From assembly GCA_035526025.1 (NCBI GenBank), contig DATLDE010000004.1, forward strand, positions 13,011 to 77,010: a stretch of DNA of 64,000 bases. Reading direction: 5' to 3'. Source of the stretch: Candidatus Limnocylindrales bacterium. GTDB lineage: Bacteria > Patescibacteriota > Microgenomatia > Levybacterales > UBA12049. Of this stretch, positions 19,630 to 29,890 are shown in pieces (the first letter of the stretch is position 1; the number at the start of each line of letters is the position of its first letter). Under the pieces are notes generated by a model. That model was not told the origin of the DNA, ran no database searches, and worked only from the letters and a program-made list of their open reading frames with translations. Position numbers and translations under genes: made by a program.

Positions 19630-20220
19630 TTATTTACCGATGATTACTGCAGCATCAGTTGTGATCGTATCATCAACGCTGGTTGTGATAGTGCTTCCTG
19701 CTGCTACAGTCCCCAGATCTTTTTTCAGCAAAGAGGCATAACTACTTTTGGATTTTTTAACTTTAACCGTTACCCCTGTGTAGTCAAAAGTATCTGCGTT
19801 ACCAGTTGAACTAACAACATACCCCAAGCCACTCAAAGCGGTAGAGTATCTTCTTCCAGCGCCGGCAACTCCACTACCGTTTAATACCACAACCGTTAAT
19901 TTTGATCGATCCAATTGCCCTGAGATACTGGCAGGTGTTGGGGAAAGTTTTCCTGATGGAGTTATGGTACCAGATGCTGAGGCTACGGGAGTACTTGTTG
20001 GGACTTCTGTTGGTATAGGAGCTTGAGTTGGTACAACTGCTTTTTGTGAATCTGTACCCCTAGTTCTACCTATAAAGTACACCCCTGCAACACCTGCTGC
20101 AATCAAAAGTAAAATAATAAGAAAAACTACCAGTGGCTTCTTATTTGTTGATTTTTCAGAATAAGCCGGAAAATCCTGAAAAGGTGCTTCGTCTTTCATG
20201 TAATATCTACTGCCATTCAT
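19630..20220 (-). CDS. LytR C-terminal domain protein with TM helix and Pro/Thr linker
   Basis: VVVLNGSGVAGAG...GNAD...AAVIIGK. Confidence 0.88.
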   Translation of the reverse strand: MNGSRYYMKDEAPFQDFPAYSEKSTNKKPLVVFLIILLLIAAGVAGVYFIGRTRGTDSQKAVVPTQAPIPTEVPTSTPVASASGTITPSGKLSPTPASISGQLDRSKLTVVVLNGSGVAGAGRRYSTALSGLGYVVSSTGNADTFDYTGVTVKVKKSKSSYASLLKKDLGTVAAGSTITTSVDDTITTDAAVIIGK

Positions 20221-20304
20221 AATTATGTTGAGCAGTATGCAATGATTTTACCACGTTTTCCCTGTTTTGTGAACCCACTTGCTAATTGATGCTATAATAA
20301 CACT

Positions 20305-21990
20305 ATGCCCGTAAAAAAGATTCTTATTCTGCTATCATCTATTGTACTGGCAGTTTGTTTACTCCTTATTGTTAAACCATCCACAACTAGTGCTGATGAG
20401 TTGGATGATATTAACAAACAGCTATCACAACTCAATTCTGATCTAAATAAGTCTATAGCAGCAACCAAGCCGCTTGAAGGACAACTTAACAGTATGCAAA
20501 AACAAGTAGAAAATATAAAGCAACGTGTTGGAGGAGTAGAATCCGGAATAGTAGTAAAGAAACAGGAAATTGATAACGGGTACAAAAGGCTCGCTGAAAA
20601 AGAAAAGCTCATATCCCAGACAATCAGAGATTTCTATGTAACTTCCTACTATGATTCACCTCTTCTTATATTTATGTCGCTTGATAATGCATTTGATGTA
20701 ACACAGGCTCTGGCCTATCAACGTGCAAAAACCAAACAAGATAAAGCCATAATTACCAATATCGCACTCTCTTTGACAACTCTGGAAAAGAAGAAGGCAG
20801 ATCTTTTGGATGAACAAAAATCCCTTGTTGTTTTGAAAGCAAATCTTGATGAACAATCCAAAAAATTGGATGGTGTTGTTAAGGGCGCAAAGAACTTCCA
20901 GGGAGAATTATCAGGAAAAATAGCAGCACTCTCAGCAAAACAGCAGGAAATTTTAAGTGCAAAATCAGGTAACTCAACCTTCACAATTGGAGGTGGAGGT
21001 GAAAGTGCTGATGAACTTCTTGCATCCAAAAAAGGATTTTCAGATTCCGCACCAGGAGGGACATTTGGAGTATTTTCTTTTGGTGCATACACTCATAGAA
21101 AAGGAATGAGCCAATATGGAGCAAGAGGGCGGGCGCAATCAGGCCAGGATTTCAAAACTATTCTTAAGGCTTATTATGGAAAAGACCCAGTCAGTAAGGA
21201 CACAGGAGGAAATTTAAAAGTTGCTGGATTTGGAGAAATGGATTTTGAGACAACATACCTATATGGAATTGCGGAAATGCCATCAAGCTGGCACCCTGAA
21301 GCTTTAAAGGCACAAGCAGTTGCAGCAAGAACATATGCATACCGCTATAAAGTTGATGGAAAAGAAATTTGCACAAATGAAGCATGTCAAGTCTTTAATA
21401 AAGGCAAGTCAGATAATCCTCCTGATTCATGGAAAAACGCAGTTAATGAAACAAAAGGTCAGATTCTTGAAGATGTTGTCACCTACTATGCATCAACTCA
21501 TGGAGGCTATGCTTCACCAATCGGGTGGGATACAACTGACGGAGCAGGTGGGGGCAATTTCATAGAAAAAGCTTGGGAGAAAACGGGAGGATCACCCTGG
21601 CTTTATAAAGCATGGTGGAGACAAGGCTATAGCAATAGCTCTTCAACATGTGGCAGATCTACCCCATGGCTATCATCAGTTGAAATGGCTGACATCATCA
21701 ACGCTGCGCGTTTCAGAGATGATAGAGTTACTCCTGTCACCACATCTTGTTGGGGAGGAAATCCCTACAGCATGGATGAACTACGCGCCAAAGCAAACGG
21801 CCCATCATCTGTCTCCGGAGCAAGTGTTCTTCAGGGGAACGGCTCATCAAGTGAGGTTGTTTTTCAGACAAATATAGGCGAAATCAGACTTAGCGCAAGT
21901 ACTTTTAAAGAGGCATTTAATCTGCGTGCCCCAGGCTATGTCAGAATCCCCCAAACAGGATTTGCGTTCTTCAATATTGAGCAGAAATAA
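20305..21990 (+). CDS. SpoIID/LytB domain protein with N-terminal coiled coil
   Basis: HRKGMSQYGA, AEMPSSWHPEALKAQAVAARTYA. Confidence 0.88.
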   Translation: MPVKKILILLSSIVLAVCLLLIVKPSTTSADELDDINKQLSQLNSDLNKSIAATKPLEGQLNSMQKQVENIKQRVGGVESGIVVKKQEIDNGYKRLAEKEKLISQTIRDFYVTSYYDSPLLIFMSLDNAFDVTQALAYQRAKTKQDKAIITNIALSLTTLEKKKADLLDEQKSLVVLKANLDEQSKKLDGVVKGAKNFQGELSGKIAALSAKQQEILSAKSGNSTFTIGGGGESADELLASKKGFSDSAPGGTFGVFSFGAYTHRKGMSQYGARGRAQSGQDFKTILKAYYGKDPVSKDTGGNLKVAGFGEMDFETTYLYGIAEMPSSWHPEALKAQAVAARTYAYRYKVDGKEICTNEACQVFNKGKSDNPPDSWKNAVNETKGQILEDVVTYYASTHGGYASPIGWDTTDGAGGGNFIEKAWEKTGGSPWLYKAWWRQGYSNSSSTCGRSTPWLSSVEMADIINAARFRDDRVTPVTTSCWGGNPYSMDELRAKANGPSSVSGASVLQGNGSSSEVVFQTNIGEIRLSASTFKEAFNLRAPGYVRIPQTGFAFFNIEQK

Positions 21991-21991
21991 T

Positions 21992-22648
21992 ATGCCTGAT
22001 ATTTTTACCAATTCCAAAAAAAATATTGAAAGCAAGCCAACGCCTCAAGCAACACAACTTCCGGTCGAGAATTTATCAAATCCCCCGGGCTTATTTAGCG
22101 CGTATTGCCCTAATCCAACTGGAATTAATTTTGCAAATCAGGAACCAGATGAAAACATCGTCCTCTTTTTAAGACGACATTTTATAACAAATGTCCCCTG
22201 GATTGTCTCAGTCCTTCTGCTACTTATTGTGCCAGTACTCATTTTTTCGATAAGCAATTTTTTTGCAATATCATTTTTTGCAATTCCTCCTCAATTAAGC
22301 TTCGTTCTCGTTAGCTTTTATTATTTATTCATACTCAATTTTGGGTTTCTTAAATTTATTAATTGGTTTTATCATGTTGGTATTGTCACACAAAAAAGAT
22401 TGGTGGATTTAGATGTTGATAATATCCTGCATTATCACCTTGCTGAAACAGAAATTTCTGATGTTGTTGATGTGTCTTATGCACAAAGGGGATTCTTCCA
22501 AAGTTTTTTTAAGTATGGGGATGTACACATCCAAACACAAGCCATAAAAGCAAATTTTCAATTTGAACAGTGCCCCAATCCGGGAGAAGTTGCTGACATA
22601 ATTACAGACCTTCGTCCGGAAGAGAAAGGAGAAAAATCCAATGTTTGA
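21992..22648 (+). CDS. Membrane protein with bacterial PH-like domain
   Basis: LRRHFI, 2 TM helices, IVTQKRLVD, FKYGDVHIQT. Confidence 0.8.
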   Translation: MPDIFTNSKKNIESKPTPQATQLPVENLSNPPGLFSAYCPNPTGINFANQEPDENIVLFLRRHFITNVPWIVSVLLLLIVPVLIFSISNFFAISFFAIPPQLSFVLVSFYYLFILNFGFLKFINWFYHVGIVTQKRLVDLDVDNILHYHLAETEISDVVDVSYAQRGFFQSFFKYGDVHIQTQAIKANFQFEQCPNPGEVADIITDLRPEEKGEKSNV

Positions 22649-22889
22649 TTTTCAGAACCTATTCGCACTTTTTCAAGATAGAGGTATTGTTCTTTTGATC
22701 AAGATCCTCCTCTTACTATTATTATTTGTTTATATTCTTTTTACTTTCATTGTAATAAACAGGGTCAGAACTCTGAATCGCACGCTTTCTCTTTCAGCAG
22801 CGCGTGCTTCATTTCTTGTGCAAGCTTTGGCTATGATGTTTTTAATCTTAACTGTCTTCCTTTTTATTGCGACACTTGTTATAGTATAA
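22641..22889 (+). CDS. Small 2-TM protein
   Basis: Two hydrophobic helices; overlaps the upstream gene. Confidence 0.7.
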   Translation: MFDFQNLFALFQDRGIVLLIKILLLLLLFVYILFTFIVINRVRTLNRTLSLSAARASFLVQALAMMFLILTVFLFIATLVIV

Positions 22890-22892
22890 CTA

Positions 22893-24761
22893 ATGCTCAG
22901 CCTGTCCTACTCCAAACTAGTTGCGACTCCAACTGACACTTCTTGGTCACAAGTATATAATGCCGGTAATCTTTTTGCTTCATTATCTTTGTCAAAAAGT
23001 GACCCAGAAGAAGATATCTCACTAAGTAGTGTAGGTAAGGATATTTTCTCAAATCTACAAGCGGAATTTTTTACTCTTGAACAAAAAGATCTTGAGACAA
23101 TAAAAGAAGCTATCAAAAATAGCACTACTTCTATTCCACCAGAAATAACAGCTAACTTCTGCATTGCCTACTTTAAAGAAAATATTCTTTACTTATTTAT
23201 ATTCGGAAAAGGGAAAATAGTCATGAAGCGGAACAAAAAAATAGCGGTTCTACTTGAAAAAATATCTGATGATAAAGAAATTCTTACTGCATCGGGTTTT
23301 CTTGAAAATGATGACACCATACTTCTTCAAACCCCTCAATTTGCACAAGATATGTCAGAAGATACTATCTCAGGGGCTTTGGATTTGCTAATCCCCAATG
23401 ACATAGCAGAGGCACTTTCTCCCGCCATGCACGAGAAAGATGATGGAGGACAAGCTGCGATAGTCATAAATTACAAAGATCCTCTGAAACTGGCGCATGA
23501 AGAACCCCAGACTGAACAAGATGACACTGATTCAAACGATAATGAAGTTGTTAGTCCACCTCTGACAGAATCTGAAAGCATTATACATATTGAAAATGAG
23601 GTTGATAAAATTACTGCAGATAACATCACAATTGATAGAGATGAAGTTGATATCATTATCAATGATCATTCTGAAGAATTACAAAAACCCATTCTACGCC
23701 CATCTTCAGGCTCTAAATTATCTACTTTATTTGCAAGCCTTAAACTTCCATTTATAAAAAAGAAAAATTCCATACGTTTAAATCATAGAAAAAAACTTTT
23801 CCTAAGCATTGCTGTAATTATCGCAGTAGTTTTACTATCTAGCGTTTTACTCACAAAGCAGCGCGAATCAGATTCAAAAAACACCCTCTTGTTCGCTTCT
23901 GTTTATGAACCAGCTCTTGCAGACTACAATGACGGAATTGATATTAAGAGTATTAATAATGTATTTGCCAGAGATGATTTTCTAAAAGCCAAGAATCAAC
24001 TTCTTGAAGGTAAAGATAAATTTAAAAAAGGCTCAAAAGAAGAGAAACAGATCACAGAGCTGTTGGAAAAAATTGAAGCAGAACTAGGAGGCGAATCAAT
24101 AGGGCCTGCAATCAAACCAAAAGAAATCTCACTAGGAGTAAATGACCGACTAAGTGTAGCAAAATCAAATAGCACAGGTCGCGGCTTTACAAAAGACCAA
24201 AACGGGACATATTTTGTTACTGATAAGGCAGTTGTTTCAGTCTCAGGAAGCACAAAAAAAGACATTATAAAAAACGATGACGACTGGGAAAAGCCTGTCG
24301 GCCTATCAACATATCAGGGAAATATGTACTTGCTTGACCAGGCGAATGGAGTTCTCAAATTCACAGCTGGATCAAACGGATTTGGAAAATCATCATATCT
24401 CAAAAAACCACCCTCAAATATTTCAAACTCGACGGATATAGCAATTGATGGAGCAGTCTGGATCTTATTCAAAGACGGCACCATCATGAAATACACAAGA
24501 GGAGAATCAGATGAATACAAAACAAAAGGCCTCAACACGCCTTTCAGAAACCCCAGCAGACTTTTTACCAATATAGATACTGAGCATTTATATGTTCTGG
24601 ATACCGGAAATGGGCAAATTGTCAAACTAACAAAGGAGGGTGATTTCCAAAAACAATACAATGCAGATATATTAAAAACCGCAAAAGAATTTGAAGTATC
24701 AGAAAAAGATGGAAAAATTCTCGTACTCTCAGGCGGCAAATTCTTCGAAATCCCCCTCTAA
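22893..24761 (+). CDS. Membrane protein with degenerate PP2C-like N-domain and beta-propeller (NHL-like) C-domain
   Basis: SGFLENDDTILLQT; central TM; NMYLLD, IAIDGAVWIL, LYVLDTGNGQIV. Confidence 0.7.
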   Translation: MLSLSYSKLVATPTDTSWSQVYNAGNLFASLSLSKSDPEEDISLSSVGKDIFSNLQAEFFTLEQKDLETIKEAIKNSTTSIPPEITANFCIAYFKENILYLFIFGKGKIVMKRNKKIAVLLEKISDDKEILTASGFLENDDTILLQTPQFAQDMSEDTISGALDLLIPNDIAEALSPAMHEKDDGGQAAIVINYKDPLKLAHEEPQTEQDDTDSNDNEVVSPPLTESESIIHIENEVDKITADNITIDRDEVDIIINDHSEELQKPILRPSSGSKLSTLFASLKLPFIKKKNSIRLNHRKKLFLSIAVIIAVVLLSSVLLTKQRESDSKNTLLFASVYEPALADYNDGIDIKSINNVFARDDFLKAKNQLLEGKDKFKKGSKEEKQITELLEKIEAELGGESIGPAIKPKEISLGVNDRLSVAKSNSTGRGFTKDQNGTYFVTDKAVVSVSGSTKKDIIKNDDDWEKPVGLSTYQGNMYLLDQANGVLKFTAGSNGFGKSSYLKKPPSNISNSTDIAIDGAVWILFKDGTIMKYTRGESDEYKTKGLNTPFRNPSRLFTNIDTEHLYVLDTGNGQIVKLTKEGDFQKQYNADILKTAKEFEVSEKDGKILVLSGGKFFEIPL

Positions 24762-24808
24762 ATCATCTCTTAATTTACATTTATTGATTTTTTGAGTATC
24801 ATGAAGCT

Positions 24809-25246
24809 ATGAAGATTGCAAATAAACGCGCTTTTTTTGATTTTGAGGTGATGCAGAAATTTGAAGCTGGTATCCACCTGACGGGTGCTGAGGTTAAGGC
24901 AATACGTCTCGGCCATGCAGATCTTACCGGATCTTTTGTCAGGATTATGGGAAATGAAGCCTATTTGATAGGATCCAAGATATTTCCCTATGCCTATGCC
25001 AGACCTGAAAATTATGACACAAATAGGACAAGAAAGCTCCTTCTTCACAAACGTGAATTGATCTCTTTAAAGTCCAAGATCGAGGGTGCGAGCTTGACAA
25101 TCGTGCCTGTTTCGTGGTATACTACCGACAGATTGATTAAGCTTGAGCTGGCTTTGGGAAAGAGTAAAAAGAAGTTTGATAAAAAAGCAGCTATCAAAAA
25201 ACGAGACTTAGATCGAGAACTAGAACAAGATTTGAAAATTAAATAA
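24809..25246 (+). CDS. smpB: SsrA-binding protein
   Basis: NKRAFFDF, EAGIHLTGAEVKAIR, RTRKLLLHK, GKSKKKFDK. Confidence 0.97.
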   Translation: MKIANKRAFFDFEVMQKFEAGIHLTGAEVKAIRLGHADLTGSFVRIMGNEAYLIGSKIFPYAYARPENYDTNRTRKLLLHKRELISLKSKIEGASLTIVPVSWYTTDRLIKLELALGKSKKKFDKKAAIKKRDLDRELEQDLKIK

Positions 25247-25286
25247 TTATCAATATTCGCTTTTAGAAATTAACTAATTTTTAATG

Positions 25287-25697
25287 GGGGATGAATTGAT
25301 TCGACGGGAGAGTACCTTGAAAACTGCAAGCCGGCCATGATTCAAAGCCGTTAAAATGGATCAAATATAAATGCTGAAACACGCATTAAGGACTTAGAGA
25401 GAAGGGTAGCTCTCGCGGAAGCGAAGCTAGCTGCCAAACTAGGTCTTGGAACAAGCGCTCTAGCATTTGCTTAAGCCTTAGACCTGTTCATAATGTCTTT
25501 CTCAACGGGACTATATGAGCATAAATACAGTTGGGAAACGGATAAAAGATTGATTTTGCTTTTATCTTAAATTTAGATCTCGGTTTTATTATTCCTGTCA
25601 ATTGGAAAAGATAAAACTTAAATTTAATAATTGACTAAGCTTGTAGAAGTTGATAGATTATTTTATCCGGACTCCAGTTCATTGCTGGACATCTCCA
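25287..25697 (+). ncRNA. ssrA: tmRNA
   Basis: 5' GGGGATG...GATTCGAC pairs with 3' CATCTCC-A (G3.U); T-arm TCCAG/CTGGA; tag frame 25373-25474 ending ALAFA*; directly after smpB. Confidence 0.93.
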
Positions 25698-25702
25698 CAA
25701 AT

Positions 25703-25728
25703 AAAGCCTCCTTAACCGGAGGCTTTTT
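25703..25728 (+). terminator. Rho-independent terminator after ssrA
   Basis: AAAGCCTCC-TTAACC-GGAGGCTTTTT. Confidence 0.85.
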
Positions 25729-25786
25729 AGTGCAATTATTCCTATAGGTTTGACGCTTGAACTAAATTTTGCTACTATTCACTACT

Positions 25787-26500
25787 ATGCATGAACTGGC
25801 AGAGCATGAAATCACTCAAATACCTATAAGTAATTTTGACCTTGATTCTTATTTATACCAACGTGAATGCAGTCCCAATTTTGTAGTGATTGAAATTGGA
25901 CATGGAGGAAATCCTATAACATCGCATCAAGTCTATAAAGGCAAAAGAGCATATATAGGCATAGAGAGTTGGCAACGCCGTCACCCCGCATTTGACAAGA
26001 TTTGGTCTGAAACATTATCCAGCATACGTAAACGCAAAGATGAAAATATATTCTTTGTGGACCAAGACACTGGTTTCAAATCTGTAAACAACTATGAAAA
26101 TAATTCGTTTGGCATAAACAACGGGCGCTATGATGAAAGCATGGTTGAAACAGAATTCCCAGATGGAGCTGCAGACGAAGTATATTTGAGCAACGTATTT
26201 GGCGACCGTCAAGTAACAAGCGGACAAAACACAAAACTTTTGCTTAAAGAGGTCTCACGTCTGGTCGATAGAAGCGGCAAAGTCGTTATTAGAGAATCCC
26301 TTACCCCTGACCGCTCTCTCCTCAGCATGAGTGATCAGGAGGATTTGCAAAATCATGGGCTTAAATTGGAAGCAAAATATACTGCAGCTTCAGACTTAAC
26401 AGAATGGAGAAAGCTTGAAACTGTTTATAAAGGGGCGCATAATCCTATTGGAATTTCCACAGATAGCTATTATCTTATCCTCTCAAAAATATCTGACTAA
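25787..26500 (+). CDS. Putative class I SAM-dependent methyltransferase-like protein
   Basis: VIEIGHGG, YIGIE, FPDGAADEVYLSNVFGD, EVSRLVDRSGKVVIRE. Confidence 0.6.
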   Translation: MHELAEHEITQIPISNFDLDSYLYQRECSPNFVVIEIGHGGNPITSHQVYKGKRAYIGIESWQRRHPAFDKIWSETLSSIRKRKDENIFFVDQDTGFKSVNNYENNSFGINNGRYDESMVETEFPDGAADEVYLSNVFGDRQVTSGQNTKLLLKEVSRLVDRSGKVVIRESLTPDRSLLSMSDQEDLQNHGLKLEAKYTAASDLTEWRKLETVYKGAHNPIGISTDSYYLILSKISD

Positions 26501-26540
26501 ATAGTATGTTTAGCCTTGATGTAGATTAAGCCTGAAATAT

Positions 26541-26759
26541 TCAAATCAGTTCCTTCACAATATAGTGAGTGGCGAAGAGAATTCCTACACCAATTCCCAG
26601 AGATAGAGTACTGCTCAGGAGCATATCATGCGGAAAAAGATAAATATCCATAAGTCCCCATGCGCCTCTCCAGAAAAATACTACAGATATTCCTATAAAA
26701 AGCGCTTTCAGTGTCTGCTTTCCGTATGAACTGGTTTTTTTGTGCTTCTTTTTCGCCAT
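26541..26759 (-). CDS. Small 2-TM protein
   Basis: FFWRGAWGLMDIYLFP motif between two helices. Confidence 0.7.
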   Translation of the reverse strand: MAKKKHKKTSSYGKQTLKALFIGISVVFFWRGAWGLMDIYLFPHDMLLSSTLSLGIGVGILFATHYIVKELI

Positions 26760-26797
26760 ATATTTATAATACTTATATTTTTAACTTTATACAATAT

Positions 26798-27493
26798 TTA
26801 TTGACCATGTGCGAGTGTCAGACCATAAACCTTCTCAACTCCTGCTTTCTTTAGAATTTTGGAGGCTTCTTTAATTGTTGAACCTGAAGTAACAACATCA
26901 TCCACCAAAAAAACTTGCTTGCCCCACGAAGCTTTAGCGAAGACGGGTTTAATCCTAAACGCACCTTTTATATTCTTTTCCCGCTCTTCCTTACTTAATC
27001 CAACTTGCGTTTTGGTATCTCTTGTTCTTTCCAGGCAATCTATCACCGAAATATCCCATTTTTCCCCTATGCCTTTTGCCAAAATCATCGCCTGATTATA
27101 TCCACGCTTACGCATTCTGGATCTTGATAGAGGAATGGGGACTAGTACTGATTCTTGATCCAACAATTTATAAAATGCTTCTTTCTGGATAATTCCTTCA
27201 TGGAACAAATCCAAAAGCGTACTTTTTAGATCTGTCAGATTTGGATTGTATTTAAATTTATAAACTAATTTCTTAACTACCCCTATGTATACAAGGCTTG
27301 AAAATACGCCGTCTGGAGTGTATTTTCCACGACATATCGGATGGGTTAATCCTCCAATTGATGGCCTTTGACAAACAATGCATGTTCCAGTTTCATTAAA
27401 CGAGATATACGTAAAACAATTTGGACAAATATATGTGCCAATTTTCCGACAATTTACGCAACGCTTTGGAAATATAAAATCCAATATACCCAT
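26798..27493 (-). CDS. comF: ComF family protein (double Zn ribbon + phosphoribosyltransferase)
   Basis: FPKRCVNC, RGYNQA, LVDDVVTSGST. Confidence 0.93.
   Translation of the reverse strand: MGILDFIFPKRCVNCRKIGTYICPNCFTYISFNETGTCIVCQRPSIGGLTHPICRGKYTPDGVFSSLVYIGVVKKLVYKFKYNPNLTDLKSTLLDLFHEGIIQKEAFYKLLDQESVLVPIPLSRSRMRKRGYNQAMILAKGIGEKWDISVIDCLERTRDTKTQVGLSKEEREKNIKGAFRIKPVFAKASWGKQVFLVDDVVTSGSTIKEASKILKKAGVEKVYGLTLAHGQ
26918..26947 (-). repeat. 30-nt REP-like element in frame inside comF
   Basis: CCCGTCTTCGCTAAAGCTTCGTGGGGCAAG encoding PVFAKASWGK; GC-rich against the AT-rich gene. Confidence 0.55.
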
Positions 27494-27551
27494 ATATTCA
27501 GTTTATCAAATTAATTGATTAGAAAAATACCAAACCTGCTATGCTAGATAT

Positions 27552-28721
27552 ATGCCCCAATATCTAAATCAACATATAAAGCTTCACCATATTCATTTTA
27601 CTGAAATTAATGAACTTTATATCTCTCTGTCTCTCCAGGCATTATCATCGGGACTAGTTGGCATATTTGTACCAATTTATCTTTACAATCTAAGATTTTC
27701 AATTAGCTCAATTGCAATGTTTTTTATACTGACTATCTTTATCAACATAATTCTTTATCCCTTAACTGCAAAAGTCGTAGGCTGGTATGGACCCAAACAT
27801 ATAATCGCAGTCAGCTATATTCTCATGTTTTTTTATACAGTAATGCTATATTTATTACCCACAAATCCTCACGCTCTCTATCCTGCAGCAATAATGAGTG
27901 GGATAGCTTCTCAAATGTTCTGGATAGCAAGACATATTGATATCGCAACAGTTGTCAGCACAAAAAATACAACAAGTAGATTCAGCACATTATTAATATT
28001 TCTAACAGTTGTGCAGGCTCTGGCTCCTCTAATAGGAGGGGTGCTCGCAACCCGATATGGGATCCACTATGTTTTTTTGGGAACTTGCGTTGGGTTACTT
28101 ATGGCTATCTTCCCTTTGATAAAAACACCAGAACCGGTAGTTCCAAGAAAAACAAGAATAAGAATACTGAGAACAGCACCACTTCGTCACATGATTGCCA
28201 ATTTTGCTGTTAACGCTCAAGGCACAGTTGGTGCATTCCAGTGGCCATTGTTCATTTTTCTTGTTGTCAAAACTTACCAGAATGTAGGAATTGTAAGCTC
28301 TGCATCACTTCTTATTATCATAATACTGTTACGGTTTATGGGAAAAATTGGAGATCACAGTAAAAACACCAAAGTACTTAAATTGGGTTCCAATTTCAGG
28401 TCTCTTGTACACATTAGCAGGACTTTTACCCAATCGTTCACAGCAGCGCTTGGAATTAATTTGCTTGGAGATATTACAGATACTCTCGTCAGCGTTCCTT
28501 ACGCTGCAAGATTTTACGAGGGTGCTAGACGGTATGATATCCCGGCATATCTTGTGGACATGGAAATTGCGGGGGGACTTGGCAAGATAACTATCTGGAT
28601 TATCTTACTTCTGGGAAGCCTTCTATTTGATCTCAAAACTGCTCTTGTTATTACGTTCATAACCGCTGCACTTCTCATGCCGCTTTTGCAACTGATAGAA
28701 CCACTTCCTTCTCACTCTTGA
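27552..28721 (+). CDS. MFS transporter
   Basis: About 12 TM helices; LAPLIGGVLA. Confidence 0.85.
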   Translation: MPQYLNQHIKLHHIHFTEINELYISLSLQALSSGLVGIFVPIYLYNLRFSISSIAMFFILTIFINIILYPLTAKVVGWYGPKHIIAVSYILMFFYTVMLYLLPTNPHALYPAAIMSGIASQMFWIARHIDIATVVSTKNTTSRFSTLLIFLTVVQALAPLIGGVLATRYGIHYVFLGTCVGLLMAIFPLIKTPEPVVPRKTRIRILRTAPLRHMIANFAVNAQGTVGAFQWPLFIFLVVKTYQNVGIVSSASLLIIIILLRFMGKIGDHSKNTKVLKLGSNFRSLVHISRTFTQSFTAALGINLLGDITDTLVSVPYAARFYEGARRYDIPAYLVDMEIAGGLGKITIWIILLLGSLLFDLKTALVITFITAALLMPLLQLIEPLPSHS

Positions 28722-28781
28722 GAAATTATACCTCTATCTGGGTAGCAAAAATAAGCTTTTGAATGATATAATGGGCATTCT

Positions 28782-28869
28782 GGAGGGATGTCTGAGTGGT
28801 TTAAGGTAACTCCTTGCTAAGGAGTCGTGGGGGTAAACCCTACCGCAGGTTCGAATCCTGTTCCCTCCG
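28782..28869 (+). tRNA. tRNA-Ser(GCT); CCA not encoded
   Basis: GGAGGGA/TCCCTCC-G acceptor; ACTCC-TTGCTAA-GGAGT anticodon arm; long variable arm; GGTTCGAATCC. Confidence 0.95.
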
Positions 28870-28900
28870 CATTTTATCATTTAAATATTGACTTGAACTC

Positions 28901-29713
28901 ATGTCAAATATATTAATTAAAAGCAAATATCGCTTCGTCCCATTAATATTAATAATTATTATAATTTTTGGTATTTACTACTTTGTAAAAAATCAGCAAG
29001 TTCAGGTTGAAAAAAATGATACGAAGGTCCAATTAGATGCGAATGAAAAAATAGTAAAGAAATTAGGATGCACCCGAAAAACAAGACTTGATAACAAGCC
29101 GCCCCATGATAGAGCGCTGAGCTTAATTGAGGAAAAATATAAGTTATGGGAAAAAAGTGGTGAGGGCAAAGGATCATGGTACTTTTTCCCTTCAGAGTTA
29201 GTTAACTGTATCAAGGTAATAGAGTCAGACGTAAGAAATAAAACAGGAGCCGAAGGGCATTTCATATTTAACGATTCCAAAATAAAAGAAAACTATTTCC
29301 CTATTACCCTAGACAAGGATTATTCCTATGCTGACGATTCAATTAACTCGCTAATACTCGTACACGAAATAACTCACGTTGAACAATATATAAATTCACT
29401 TAACAAGAGTGATGGCCTAACCTGCATCGATAAAGAGGTTGAAGCATTTTACGCTCAATGGAAATTTTATGGAATTCAATTTCCGGAAGCACGCAAGTCT
29501 ATAGACTATCGTATCGAAAACGATAAAGACTTACACCCTCAGTTGCAAATGCTTAGCGTATTAAAAAATAATTTTGACATTGATGGAGTAAGTACGGAAT
29601 GCTTTTATGGCTCAGGAAAAAACGATACAGAATGTATTGATAAATATAGGAAGAATGAAATTAAGCAAATACTAGTACAAGACGATTTTTACAGAACTCA
29701 ATGCAAGTTATAA
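28901..29713 (+). CDS. Membrane-anchored zincin-like metallopeptidase
   Basis: N-terminal TM; LVHEITHVEQY...EVEAF; several Cys. Confidence 0.7.
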   Translation: MSNILIKSKYRFVPLILIIIIIFGIYYFVKNQQVQVEKNDTKVQLDANEKIVKKLGCTRKTRLDNKPPHDRALSLIEEKYKLWEKSGEGKGSWYFFPSELVNCIKVIESDVRNKTGAEGHFIFNDSKIKENYFPITLDKDYSYADDSINSLILVHEITHVEQYINSLNKSDGLTCIDKEVEAFYAQWKFYGIQFPEARKSIDYRIENDKDLHPQLQMLSVLKNNFDIDGVSTECFYGSGKNDTECIDKYRKNEIKQILVQDDFYRTQCKL

Positions 29714-29890
29714 AAGATTATCTTTAGATTTAACTTCCCTTTTTATTAAGAGCTAAATCTTGCCTTTTTCTTAGTTGCCTAATTTTATTTCCTAAGTTTT
29801 CGTAAATACTAGCCATAGCCTTATTGATAAATTATGGCTTTTGTGCCATATTGTATCTATGGCATAGATGCCAAATAATAGCCTTGACTT

